A stretch of 64,000 nt of DNA from Octopus sinensis (Eukaryota). The stretch is from positions 19,034,001 through 19,098,000 of the forward strand of contig NC_043005.1 of assembly GCF_006345805.1 (NCBI RefSeq). The letters are read 5' to 3'. Below the pieces are notes generated by a model that did no database searches, had not been told where the DNA came from, and saw nothing but the letters and a program-made list of their open reading frames with translations. Positions 1 through 12,850 of this stretch are shown piece after piece (positions within the stretch are counted from its first letter, which is position 1; each line of letters begins with the position of its first letter). Made by a program: the position numbers and the translations under genes.

Positions 1-345
1 ATTTGAACAAAGTGGCCTTCCCATTTGACAGCAGTGTGTAAACGCTTAGGGATCAGCTCGAGAGAGGATTTCCGTGATTGAGACTTTGTCTTGCTCGGTG
101 ATTTTCAACATCTTTCTCATGCATTTTAAGTGGAAGCAGTTTGATTTTTTGTGATGTGCCTTTCGTAAACCGTCCGAGTCTTCCAGGAGTACAGTAGCGT
201 AGGCAGTACAGCTGCTTGGTACACCGTCAATTTAGTAGCCAATCTAATGCCTGTCCTCTCCCCCACTGATTCACGTACCCGCCCAAATGATAAATTTCAT
301 TGGCGATGCGTGTGTCGACTTCGTCATCAATGTTCAGTGTAGAGT
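1..345 (-). mobile_element. RTE-BovB-like LINE remnant (post-RT region), frameshifted
   Basis: Manual minus-strand translation gives TLNIDDEVDTRIA...GIRLATKLTVYQAAVLPTLLYSWKTRTVYERH...NCFHLKCMRKMLKI, matching the RTE LPTLLYxxETW / FHLxCLRKIL motifs. Confidence 0.75.
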
Positions 346-531
346 GTGCAAATATTCTTTTAAAAACACTCTTCTTTTAATTTTTCCAAAATTTAATCGC
401 TTTCCATACTTACAGTTGAAAAAGTCTCAATAACTGAAACCGGTACTGAAATCTTTTTTATAAAATTATTTAACATTTTCTCTCTTGACTTTTTTTCCAT
501 ACATATCAACTCGTGTGTTCCTTTTCAACCT

Positions 532-562
<31 letters not shown>

Positions 563-609
563 TATATATATATTATATATATATATATAATTATATATAT
601 ATATATACA

Positions 610-770
610 CGGCGGGCTTCTTTCAGTTTCCGTCAACCAAATCTACTCACAAGGCTTTGGTCGATCCGAGGCTATATTAGAAGACACTTGCCCAAGGTGC
701 CACGCAATGGGACTGAACCCTGAACCATATGTTTGGAAAGCAAGCTTCTTACCACAGCCACGCATGCGCC
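610..770 (-). mobile_element. tRNA-derived SINE family A, 5' part
   Basis: Same head and core as the full copies at 7141 and 18059 (gaagacacttgcccaaggtgccacgca...cttaccacagccac). Confidence 0.85.
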
Positions 771-995
771 TATATGTATATAATCTATATTTTGTGCAAC
801 ATGTAAATAAATGCATCAAGCATTGTTTTTCTGCTTTACTCTTTCCATAACAGCTCGATATCGATTTCTCATATAATCACTCTCGACGGCGTGGGCCATG
901 CCCTTGATAAAGAAGTTGGATTTCAGTTCAAGTTGATCTGAGAACAGTTCTGTGTTATCTATACTGAGCCATATGCTACGCCATATGTTCACAGG

Positions 996-1043
996 CACAT
1001 GGCGTAGTGGTTAAGAGCACGGGCTACTAACCCCAAGCAGTGA

Positions 1044-1047
<4 letters not shown>
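996..1047 (+). mobile_element. tRNA-like SINE head (internally deleted), followed by (AAT)n
   Basis: ggcacatggcgtagtggttaagagc is A-box-like; no B-box. Recalled as the head of a composite octopus repeat whose tail is at 3284-3427. Confidence 0.5.
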
Positions 1048-1121
<74 letters not shown>

Positions 1122-1193
1122 TGATGATGATGATGATGATCTGATGATGATGATGATCTGATCATGATCATGATCATGATAATGATAATAATA

Positions 1194-1228
<35 letters not shown>

Positions 1229-1241
1229 TAATAATAATAAT

Positions 1242-1276
<35 letters not shown>

Positions 1277-1314
1277 TTAATAATAATAATAATAATATAA
1301 TAATAATAATAATA

Positions 1315-1367
<53 letters not shown>

Positions 1368-1380
1368 TAATAATAATAAT
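1048..1380. repeat. (AAT)n/(GAT)n microsatellite
   Basis: Direct reading. Confidence 0.98.
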
Positions 1381-3210
1381 AACCAAAGACATCCCCAATA
1401 ACCAAAGACATCCCCATTAGAAGAGGAATATTCCAGGGAGACACGCTCTCTCCACTCCTTTTCTGCTTGGCACTGTCACCTCTATCTGATATACTAAATA
1501 GAACTGGATGCGGATATAAATGTTACGGCAAAACGATCAGCCACCTTTTATATATGGATGACCTAAAACTATACGCTGCAAATGACAAACAGCTGGAAAC
1601 ACTATTAAAGACAGTTCATGGATTTACCAAAGAAATAGATATGAAATTTGGATTAGAAAAATGCGCCAAAGTAACCATGAAAAGAGGAAAACTAGTTAAG
1701 AGTAGAAACATCACACTAGATAAAACCAATGAAATAAAAGAATTAGACCAAAGCCAAACTTACAAATACTTAGGAATCCATGAACTAGATAAGACACAAC
1801 ACACACAAATGAAAGAGAAAATAAAAAAAGAATATTATAGACGAGTTAGATCAATACTAAAAACAGAGCTCAATGCTAAAAACAAGATAATAGGTATTAA
1901 CACTTTAGCTGTCCCAGTTATAAGTTACAGCTACAATATCCTTAACTGGACACGAAATGAACTGACCAAAATAGATAGGAAAACAAGAAAAATAATGACA
2001 GGATCTAGGATGCATCACCCAAAATCTGACATAGAAAGACTATATATACAACGTATAGAAGGTGGTAGAGGCCTTATACAACTGGAAAACTACTATAAAA
2101 TAACCACCATAGGACTGCAAAAATATCTACTTCAGAAGGAAGGAAAACTGATACAAATAGCGGCAAAACACGAGCAAAACAAAAAAACTGTTCTCAGTAT
2201 TTAAGGAAGCTGACAAATACAAACAAGAAATCATACCACCTAATAAATATGAAGAAGAAGATGAAGAAACAACAAAAGCTATAAAACAAATGAAATCCAA
2301 ACTAAAAATAGAACAGCAACGAACCATTATAAAACGATGGCAAGAAAAGCCCCTTCATGGTAAATACTGGACCAAACTAAACGCAAAAGAAATAGACAAA
2401 GAAAAATCCCAGCAATGGTTGAGAAGCTCAGGACTCAAAGCAGAAACAGAGGGATTTTAATTGCAGCACAAGACCAAAGCCTCCTCACCAGAAATTACCT
2501 AAAACATGTAATGAAAAGAAATATAACAAGTAACTGCAGAATATGTGGAGATGGACAAGAAACAATAAATCATATTATCTCTGGCTGCCCAGTCCTGGCT
2601 AAGAAGGAATATATTCACAGACATGAATATATTCACAGACATGACAAAATTCTATATACATTGGAAGCTATGCCAACATTATGGAATAACAACAGAAAAA
2701 AGATGGTATAGGCACACACCAGAAAAGGTCACAGAAAACGAGAAAGCAACCATACTCTGGGATATGCCGATACACACAGATAGAGAAATTAAGGCCAACA
2801 GGCCAGATATAGTTGTCAGAGATCATGAAGAAAAAAATGCTTTCTAATTGATGTATCAATACCGGCCGATGACAACGTGTCTCTAAAAGAAATGGAGAAA
2901 CTCTCAAAATACAAAGACCTGGAAATAGAGGTAACCAGAATGTGGAATCTGAAAACAGAAACAATTCCTATCATAGTAGGTGCATTAGGCATGATAAAAA
3001 AATATTCAGACTAATACATAACAAAAACACCAGGACTTACAAACACATATAACATACAGAAAATTGCACTACTAGGCACTGCACACATCCTACGCAGAGC
3101 ACTTTCCATACAATAAGCATCAGAGCATCACAACAAATCACAGCACATACCCAAGGCACACAGAGCTGCGCTCGGTAGTGAAGTGAAAGCACGCTATAAA
3201 AATAAAACTA

Positions 3211-3213
<3 letters not shown>
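1381..3213 (+). mobile_element. 5'-truncated RLE-type non-LTR retrotransposon (R4/Dong-like): RT C-terminal half, CCHC knuckle, restriction-like endonuclease; frameshifted
   Basis: RRGIFQGDTLSPLLF, HLLYMDDLKLY, CRICGDGQETINHIISGC, NRPDIVVRD..LIDVSIP..KYKDL. Frameshifts near 2190, 2410-2450, 2655 and 2835; stop near 3012. (AAT)n on both sides. Confidence 0.93.
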
Positions 3214-3283
<70 letters not shown>

Positions 3284-3286
<3 letters not shown>

Positions 3287-3427
3287 TCGAAAAATACTTT
3301 AGGAATGAGAACCCAGGTTCGAAATTTCCCCAAAACACCTGATGAAGCTAGAGGGTATAACAACCAAAATGTTGTGTTAGCAACAAACAAGATGAGGACA
3401 AATATCCGTCAAATGTAAATAATGTAT
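3284..3427 (+). mobile_element. 3' module of a composite SINE-like repeat (Penelope-like tail)
   Basis: aacatcgaaaaatactttaggaatgagaacccagg...cctgatgaag...gtaaataatgta, recognised from memory as a common octopus repeat; only one copy in this window. Confidence 0.45.
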
Positions 3428-3455
3428 ATACTGAGATTATTTGGCTCTCATCAAC

Positions 3456-3469
3456 TCAATATATATATA

Positions 3470-3525
<56 letters not shown>

Positions 3526-3633
3526 GGATTTTTATGGATAATTACCCCACGAATTTTTATGGATAACACCATACAAAATTCTTGTGCATCTAAATTAAGT
3601 ACCATATTCATTTGAATCTTAATTTTTGCTGAA

Positions 3634-3705
<72 letters not shown>

Positions 3706-4623
3706 ATTATACACACACGCACATACATGTATGTATCTATGTATGTAGGTAGGTAGGTACGTACGTACGTACGTCGGCATGAAAATATGGATGGATGGAT
3801 AGATCTTCAGCTAATCTTTAAACAAAATGGCATTGAATGAATGAACCTTTGTTCAGGTTCGATGTGCTGCTGAAGATTAATATTTAGCTCTGTTCCCACC
3901 GTGAACAATAGATGAGGAGAACATGTCACATGGGATAGGATGCTAGACATGATATATGGGAACTTATGATATAACATATATAATTTCTAGATGGATAACT
4001 CACTTCTATGGCGACTGCATAACAAGATGGATAAACGGACTTCTGAACGAGTGTTTTAGTGTGTGTGTGTGTGTACCTGTGTGGGCGTCTATCTATGCGC
4101 GTTTGTGTGTGTGTGTGCGTGTGTATGTTTGTATACGGGTGTTTGTGTAGGCTTTTAGATTCCTTTAGAGACACGACGTCTAAGCGTATTCCGAATGTTT
4201 CGTCCGCATGTAGGACCTGCGCATGTTTAACTGAGGCGTAAATAGATTGTGCATGTGTGTGTGTGTTTATGTGTGTATGCGTGTGTTTAAAAAGGATTCG
4301 AGAGTGTATGTATGTAAGGGTAACGGTATGTGTGTATGTGTGTGTGTTCGAAAAGAGACTGAGAGAATACCTATGTGAGCATTCGACAGAGAAACAGAGA
4401 ATGCCTGGGTACATTTGTGAAGGAGACGGGGAGTTTTGTATACGACTAAGAATGTGTGTGTGTGCATGCATTTGTGTGTGTATATGTATTTGAGTGCGGG
4501 TTATATACGTGCATGCGGGCGTATGTGTGTATGTGTGCATGTGCGCGTATATGTGTATGTGTGTTCACGCATATATACATAGATATATTGATGCGTACAC
4601 ATACACACATGCACATATATATG

Positions 4624-4658
<35 letters not shown>

Positions 4659-4845
4659 GGCATCTATATTTGTAAGTAGATATCTATACGTATATATTAT
4701 ACACATACACACACATATGTATATATATATAAACATATATTAACGTATATATTATACACACAGATATATATATAAACATATATTAACGCATATATACATA
4801 TATACATATATATATACATGTATACATATATATATATACTATTAA

Positions 4846-4877
<32 letters not shown>

Positions 4878-5018
4878 AACATGTACATATATATATTTAT
4901 GTATATAATATATGCATATATATGCATACATATATATATATCTATATATATACATACATATGTATATATATATATACATACATATAGAGAGAGATGAGAG
5001 AGAGAGGAAGAGAGAGTT

Positions 5019-5056
<38 letters not shown>

Positions 5057-5100
5057 TATTGCCTAATTGTGTGTGTGTGCGTGTGTGTTAGCTGTCCTCT
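3456..5100. repeat. Compound (TA)n/(TG)n/(GA)n microsatellite field with short unique islands
   Basis: Direct reading. Confidence 0.9.
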
Positions 5101-5299
5101 ACTGAGGCACTGATGCAATAGAAAGATACATCATTAAGTGAGCTGAGAGCCTGAGAAACTAAGAACCTTCTAGATAAAGGTGTCCAGAGAGGAGGCTGGT
5201 TATTGGATAGAGCAGCAGATAAAGAGGAGATTGATGCGTTTCAGTATTCACTGCAGACATTAGCGGATAAACTGTTGCACTTAAATGTTATTCTCCATG

Positions 5300-5582
5300 C
5301 TGTGCCTGTTGCTGCTACTGCTGCTGCTGCTGCTCGTTTGCGTGGTGGTCGTCTTTGTTGTGGTAATCGTCGTGTTGCACTTGTTGCTTTTGTTTTGTTG
5401 TTATTGTTGTTGTTGTTGTTGCTGTTCTTGGTGGTGTTGGTGGTGGTGGCGATGGTGGTCGTGGTGGTATTTTTGCGGTTGCTGTTGTTGCGGTTGTCAT
5501 AGTGATGATTGTGCTGGTAGTGGTGGTGATGGTGGTGGTGGTTGTGGTCGTCGTCGTATTGTTGGTGTTCCTCTTGCTGTTG

Positions 5583-5614
<32 letters not shown>

Positions 5615-5680
5615 GGTGGTGGTGGTGTGGTGGTTGTGGTGGTAGTGGTGATGATGGGGTGGAGCGGTTTTGTTATTGGT
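5300..5680. repeat. Degenerate (GTT)n/(GGT)n/(GCT)n repeat
   Basis: Direct reading. Confidence 0.9.
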
Positions 5681-5849
5681 GGTCGTGTTTCAGGTGATGC
5701 AAGCATTCGGACCAGGCTTTTAATCTGAAGATTAATTTCCCCGTTTTCATCTACCATGATCTAATTTCAAGAACCAAACGTTGTGGGCAATGATCTTCCC
5801 CATGTGAGTAAGACATGAAACATCATCCACCCAATATGTAAATTGTGTA

Positions 5850-6609
5850 AGGTGGCGAGCTTGTAGAAACGTTAGCACGCCGGGCGAAAATGCTTAGCGG
5901 TATTTCGTCTGACGCTACGTTCTGAGTTCAAATTCGGCCGAGGTCGACTTTGCCTTTCATCCTTTCGGGGTCGATTAAATAAGTCCCAGTTGCGTACTGG
6001 TCTCGATGTAATCGACTTAATCCGTTTGTCTATCCTTGTTTGCCCCCTGTGGGTAGTAAAGAGATAGGTATTTCGTCTGCCGCTACGTTATGAGTTCAAA
6101 TTCCACCGAGGTCGACTTCGCCTTTCATCCTTTCGGGATCAATTAAATAAGTACCAGTTACGCACTGGGGTCGATATAATCGACTTAATCCGTGTGTCTT
6201 TCCTTGTTTGTTCTCTCTGTGTTTAGGACCTTGTGAGTAGTAAAGAAATAGAAATAGGTATTTCGTCTGCCGCTACGTTCTGAGTTCAAATTCCGCCGAG
6301 GTCGACTTTGCCTTTCATCCTTTCGGGGTCGATTAAATAAGTACCAGTTACGCACTAGGGTCGATATAATCGACTTAATCCGTTTGTCTGTCCTTGTTTG
6401 TCCTCTCTCTGTTTAGCCGCTTGTGGGTAGTAAAGAAATAGGTATTTCGTCTGCCGTTACGTTCTGAGTTCAAATTCCGCTGAGGTCGACTTTGCTTTTC
6501 ATCCTTTCAGGGTCGATAAATTAGGACCTGTTACGTACTGGGGTCGATCTAATCGACTGGCCCCCTCCCCAAAAATTTCGGGCCTTGTGCCTAGAGTACA
6601 AAAGAAAAG
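5850..6609 (+). mobile_element. SINE family B (Meta-domain-like core), four-unit head-to-tail multimer with 17-bp TSD
   Basis: Core gtcgactttgcctttcatcctttcggggtcga occurs 4 times at ~180-bp spacing; aatatgtaaattgtgta at 5833-5849 and 6610-6626. Confidence 0.92.
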
Positions 6610-6744
6610 AATATGTAAATTGTGTATTTGTATGTATTACTGTTGTTGTGCAGCCATATTTTAACCTTGATTGAGCAGACCTTATAAAGAAAAATTTTCT
6701 ATAATCAAATATATCGATTTGAAACTTTGCCACAAGACCAGTAA

Positions 6745-6915
6745 TTCTAGGTGTTGGGATAATTCAACCCCAGTACGCAACTGGTACTTATTTATCGACC
6801 TCAAAAGGATAAAAGGTGAAGTCGACCTCGGCGGAATTTGAACTCAGATCGTAAAGACGGATGAAATGCCGCCAAACATTTTGCCCGCCGTGCTGACGAT
6901 CCTGCCAACTCGCTC
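6745..6915 (-). mobile_element. SINE family B, single degraded copy
   Basis: Reverse complement of the family-B head and core. Confidence 0.8.
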
Positions 6916-7140
6916 CCTTTATATAATCATATATATTGCAACAATAAGCAAGTTCGTAACTTTTCTGCCTATTTGGGTACCGATATTTTTTTATCAATCT
7001 TTTCTAGCCGTATCAGTATAGAATTATCTGTTGATGTACCCCCTCCATTGCTGCGGTGTTCCACGTCTCTTCCTCGGGATACGAGTGTCTCTCGTGGATT
7101 ATAAAAGGAATCACTTTGCATAGCACACAAAAGTTTGGGT

Positions 7141-7540
7141 ACTCTTTTACTTGTTTCAGTCATTTGACTGCGACCATGCTGGAGCACCGCCTTTAGTCGA
7201 GCAAATCGACCCCGGGACTTATTCTTTGTAAGCCCAGTACTTATTTTATCGGTCTCTTTTACCGAACCGCTAAGTGACGGGGACGTAAACACACAAGCAT
7301 CGGTTGTCAAGCAATGCTAGGGGGACAAACACAGACACAGAAACACACACACATACACATATATATATACATATATACGACAGGCTTCTTTCAGTTTCCG
7401 TCTACCAAATCCACTCACAAGGTATTGGTCGGCCCGGGGCTATAGCAGAAGACATTTGCCCAAGATGCCACGCAGTGGGACTGAACCCGGAACCATGTGG
7501 TTGGTTAGCAAGCTACTTACCACACAGCCACTCCTGCGCC
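7141..7540 (-). mobile_element. SINE family A, full length, with internal (TA/TG) microsatellite
   Basis: tRNA-like head (aggcgcaggagtggctgtgtggtaag...ggttcagtcccactgc); tail ...aatgactgaaacaagtaaaagag. Confidence 0.92.
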
Positions 7541-8194
7541 TGTAGCCACTGTTTCGCGTAAAGTTGAAGAGGAGGATGATATTAACATGAAGTGTAGCCA
7601 CTCATGGACTCGTGACTGTCACATCACGTCACATGCCGAAAGCTACGCTTTTCCACTTGAAATCACTATGAAATTTATAATAGAGAAACGAAAGTGCCCA
7701 GATACAATCGCAAATATCGATTACGTCACTCTTCTGTGGAGAACATAAAACGTAATCAGCTGCTTCCCCAAAGCGTCATCTAGGCACTACCTCCTGCTGT
7801 GAGAAAGATGTTGTTGATAAATCACTAAACAATGTTATCCGCAGGAAAAAACCGCCATGAGATTAATAATTAAAAAAACAGGCCTTCTGTTATGGAACAT
7901 ACATATCAACAGGAGAAATATTAGTGGAGTGTTTCCATCAGAACTTCTACCATAGGGGACCTGTCATAGTTATTCAGAAGAGAAAAGAGAAGTCATATAG
8001 TCTTAGAGGTTAACAGATCTCTTACAAAAGATAGATAAGGAGTATATTTAAGGACAACTGCTTCGAAATCTGCATCTTCTCTATTTTGATTATAAATTTA
8101 CATTTTTGATTGATTGATTGATTCTAGTTTCAGCTCACGAGCTGTGGCCATGCTGGGGCACCGCCATTTGGTGTTGCTACATGGTTTTATTTCA

Positions 8195-8400
8195 CGAATG
8201 CTTTTTAGCAACTACCATTTGGTGCATGAGAGAGTTCGATGCAGCTGCCCTCATCTGCACCTCCTCCCGTGAAGTTGGTTCATCTGGGATACCTGACAAG
8301 AAGAGATCCATTTTCATTTTAAAGACATCTGCATCCACCCCATGCAGGTCTCTTAGGTTCTTCGGGAGGATATTGAAGAGCTGTGGGCCTTTGCTTCATT
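8195..8400 (-). mobile_element. CR1/L2-type LINE 3' remnant
   Basis: Minus translation GPQLFNILPKNLRDLHGVDADVFKMKMDLFLSGIPDEP...RAAASNSLMHQ resembles CR1-group ORF2 C-termini. Confidence 0.75.
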
Positions 8401-8638
8401 AATTATTGATGTCCTTCATTATTTTAGAAAGTGTCTAACTGGAAAAGTTAGGGCTTTCAAGCAAAGAAAGAAAATTCTAAGAAATGACAAATGTGAAGAC
8501 GTACATGCAAGCAGGCAAACATTGATACATATATGAATGTAGAGAACGTACAGAAGATAAAGAAATAACTGTATACTGTTTTGTGGCTATCCCCACAACC
8601 TTCCATACGTTGAAGAGAGAAACTCACCGGAGAATACT

Positions 8639-9047
8639 TATTTCTTTATTGCCCACAAGGGGCTAAACACAGAGGGGACAAACAAGGACAGATATAGGTA
8701 TTAAGTCGATTACATCGACCCCAGTGCGTAACTGGTACTTAATTTATCGACCCCGAAAAGATGAAAGGCAAAGTCGACCTCGGCGGAATTTGAACTCAGA
8801 ACGTTGCGACAGACGAAATACCTATTTCTTTATTACCCACAAGGGGCTAAACACAGAGGGGACAAACAAGGACAGACATAGGTCTTAAGTCGATTACGTC
8901 GACCCCAGTGCGTAACTGGTACTTAATTTATCGACCCCGAAAGGATGGAAGGCAAAGTCGACCTCGGCGGAATTCGAACTCACAACGTAACGCAGACGAA
9001 ATACCGCTAAGCATTTCGCCCAGCGTGCTAACGATTCTGCCAGCTCG
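8639..9047 (-). mobile_element. SINE family B dimer with ~12-bp TSD
   Basis: Two cores; ccggagaatact at 8627-8638 and 9048-9059. Confidence 0.9.
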
Positions 9048-9479
9048 CCGGAGAATACTAATAGTAATCGGTATCCCGAGAAGAATACTGTGATTATCTC
9101 CCTTCATAAGAATATTTCGGCTGCAGATGTTTGAGACGGAAGGTCAGATGAACTTTTTTGTAACGGCACAAAGTAGTTTCTTGGCTCCGACATCGTGTAC
9201 TCTTTATTTTTTGGTTTTTTCTTTCAATGATTTTATCAAGGCAAAATCACTGAATGAAAAAAGTTTGTCCGTGACATGTTTTTTGTTGATGCTTCAAAAC
9301 TTATGACAGATTATTTTAGTAACGCTCCGTTAGTTAATAAATATCTCTCGCTTGTTGGTTTCCAAGATATTGTCAACATTTACAATAAATACTGAACTTT
9401 ATCATTTGTTGAACACATTAATCGCTATGTTTGTCATTCTTATCTATTTAATGTATATAGTATATATGTATACAAAGTA

Positions 9480-11339
9480 AATATTTATTTATATGCAGGT
9501 ATATATGTGCGTGTGTATATGTGTGTATGTGTATGCAAGTGTGTGTAGTCCTAGATAGAAAGATAGATAGATTGATAGATAGATAAATAGATTGATAGAT
9601 AGAGAGAGAGAGAGATAGATATACATACATATATGTGTGTGTATCTGTCTGCCTGTGTCTGTGTGTATATGTGTGCTTTGTGTGTGCGAGTGCGAGTGTG
9701 TGTGTGTGTGTGCGCGCGCGCGCGAATGTTTGAGGGGGGGGGCTTTATATTTTATGCATTCTATTCCAATTTAATCTTAAACGGAATTGGAAGTCCAGGA
9801 AACATAGAATCAATTCCGAATATAAAATTTGAAAGCACATATAGATAGCAAACATGGCGTCAAACATCAATTGTTAGTGATAGCGATCCTTATGTATGTA
9901 TGTATGTATGTATGTATGTATGTATGTATGTATGTATGTATGTATGTATGTATGTATGTACGTATGTATGTATGTACGTATGAATGAATGTATGTATATA
10001 TTTGTATGCATGTATGTATGTACGTATGTACGTATGTATGAATGTATGAATGTATGAATGTATGTACGTTTTTATGAATGTATGAATGTATGTACGTACA
10101 TACGGACGTGCGTATGTATGTATGTGTTTATGTACGTATGTATGAATGTATTATTAATGTATGTATGTATTATTAATGTTTGTATGTACGTATGTATGTA
10201 TGTACGTATGTATGTACGTATGTATGTATGTATGTATATATGTATGAATGTATGTATGTACGTATGTATGTATGTACGTTTTTATGAATGTATGAATGTA
10301 TGTACGTACATACGGACGTGCGTATGTATGTATGTGTTTATGTACGTATGTATGAATGTATGTACGTATGTATGAATGTATTATTAATGTATGTATGTAT
10401 TATTAATGTATGTATGTACGTATGTATGTATGTACGTATGTATGTATGTACGTATGAATGAATGTATGTATATATTTGTATGCATGTACGTATGTATGTA
10501 TGTACGTATGTAGGTATGTATGAATGTATGTATGTATATGCGTTTGTATGAATGTATGTACGTACATACGGACGTGCGTATGTATGTATGTGTTTATGTA
10601 CGTATGTAAGAATGTATGTACGTATGTATGAATGTATTATTAATGTACGTATGTATATATGCATGTATGTATGCATGTATGTGTGTATGTATGTATGTAT
10701 GAATGATTGTATGTATGTGTATGTATGAATGAATGTCTGTATGTATGTAATTATGCATATATGTATGTATGTTTGGATGTATATGTGTGTGTGTATCTAT
10801 ATATATATGTATGTTTGTATATATGTTTGTATGTATGTACATTTGCATATATGTATGTGTGTGTGTACGCAGTCATGCATGCATGCATGTATGAATGTAT
10901 GTATGCGCGGATGAGCGAGAGTGAGCATAAGTATACATACATTGCATGCATATATAAACAAACGCATGTAACCCTCTATTTCAATACATATGTAAGCATT
11001 TATAGTATGTATGCGTATAGTTGCAAATAGAAAGAAAGAAAGAAACGAAAGAAAGAAAGAAAGACAGTTTATTAAATTCAGTGTTGACAAACTTTAGAGT
11101 ATATTACTCAACCTCTGAACAAAACAGATTTCACAAGTGCTTAAACAGTGAAACAATCTTAAATGTTTGAAACAACATTGAATTTAATGACTCTCATATT
11201 TCTCTCGTACGAAATTGCATTGAATGTCCTCGTTCTGGTTTGTCATTCATCTCGATTTATAAAACAGTCGCTTGCACATGTATCTATCCAATCTACAAGT
11301 GAGGATCTTACTCTGAGTGTTTCTGTGAATCCATACACA

Positions 11340-11375
<36 letters not shown>

Positions 11376-11428
11376 TACACACACATATATACATATACTA
11401 ATACACACACAGACATATGTATACCATA

Positions 11429-11499
<71 letters not shown>

Positions 11500-11555
11500 T
11501 ATACATATGTATATATATACATATACACATGTATACATGTATATACTTATATACA

Positions 11556-11597
<42 letters not shown>

Positions 11598-11865
11598 ATA
11601 TATATATATATATTCATATATATATATACGCACACATGAAAATATGTATATACACAATTATTGAAGTGTATACATATATTCATGTATAAATACGCACACA
11701 CGAATATGCATAATACATACATACATACAAACATACATACATATATGAGTGTATATATTTATATATGTATGCTTCCATGAGTATCTGCCTACATGTACGT
11801 ACTTCAGTATATAATTTCTGTATATATACATAAAGACATATGAAAATATGCATATATGCTTGTAG

Positions 11866-11942
<77 letters not shown>

Positions 11943-12205
11943 CATGTGTGTGTGTGTGTGTACAGAGAGAGTGGGTTGAAGAGGAGAAAGCGGGGAGAAA
12001 GGGTGAGAGAAAGAAAAGAGAGGGAAGAGAGCGTGTGAGTTTTGATAGATGAGAATATCGGCATCCATGTATATTGCTATATCATTTCGTACACGTTTAT
12101 ATTTATCATAACTAAATGCTGTGAATAATTTACAGGTGCGTACGTATGTGTGCACCATATCAGTATGGAAGTATATATCTACGCACACGCACACACATGC
12201 CCACA

Positions 12206-12240
<35 letters not shown>

Positions 12241-12249
12241 CACACACAC

Positions 12250-12296
<47 letters not shown>

Positions 12297-12850
12297 GTAT
12301 ATATATTAGTATATATGTGTGTATGTATATATGTATGTATTTAATGGTACATGCATTTACGGGTATGTATACTTTTGTCTATGTGAGCATATGTATGCAT
12401 GTATATGTATGAAACCTCTTTATAGTCATACACGCACACACACGCGCATACACTCACACACGTACTCACACACACACACACACAGAGAGAAACATACATG
12501 CTGGCGTACCTATAATATGATTAGCTCTACATTTATAAGTATACACCTTTGTAATTATGTATATATCTATTCATGCAACATGTATTCATATATAGATAGA
12601 TAGATAGATAGATACATACATACATACATACATACATACATACATACATACATACATACATACATACATACATAGATAGATAGATATAGATATACGGGTA
12701 TATGTAACGTATGCATGCGCATTTATGCATATATATGTGTATCTAGTGCATGAAAGTACGTTAAGTGAGAGTATGTATGTGTGAATGTGTGTGTTTGTGT
12801 TTGTCTGTCTGCGTGTGTGTGCGTGCGTGTGTGTGTGTGTGTGTTTGTGT
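9480..12850. repeat. ~3.4-kb compound microsatellite field: (TATG)n, (TA)n, (CA)n, (GATA)n
   Basis: Direct reading. Confidence 0.95.

Noticed and set aside
5100-5300. Unique island with ORF LDRAADKEEIDAFQYSLQTLADKLL
   Set aside because: No convincing splice pair in any frame and no recognisable motif
5850-6609. Regularly spaced repeats resembling a CRISPR array
   Set aside because: Eukaryotic SINE units of ~180 bp with no unique spacers and no cas genes
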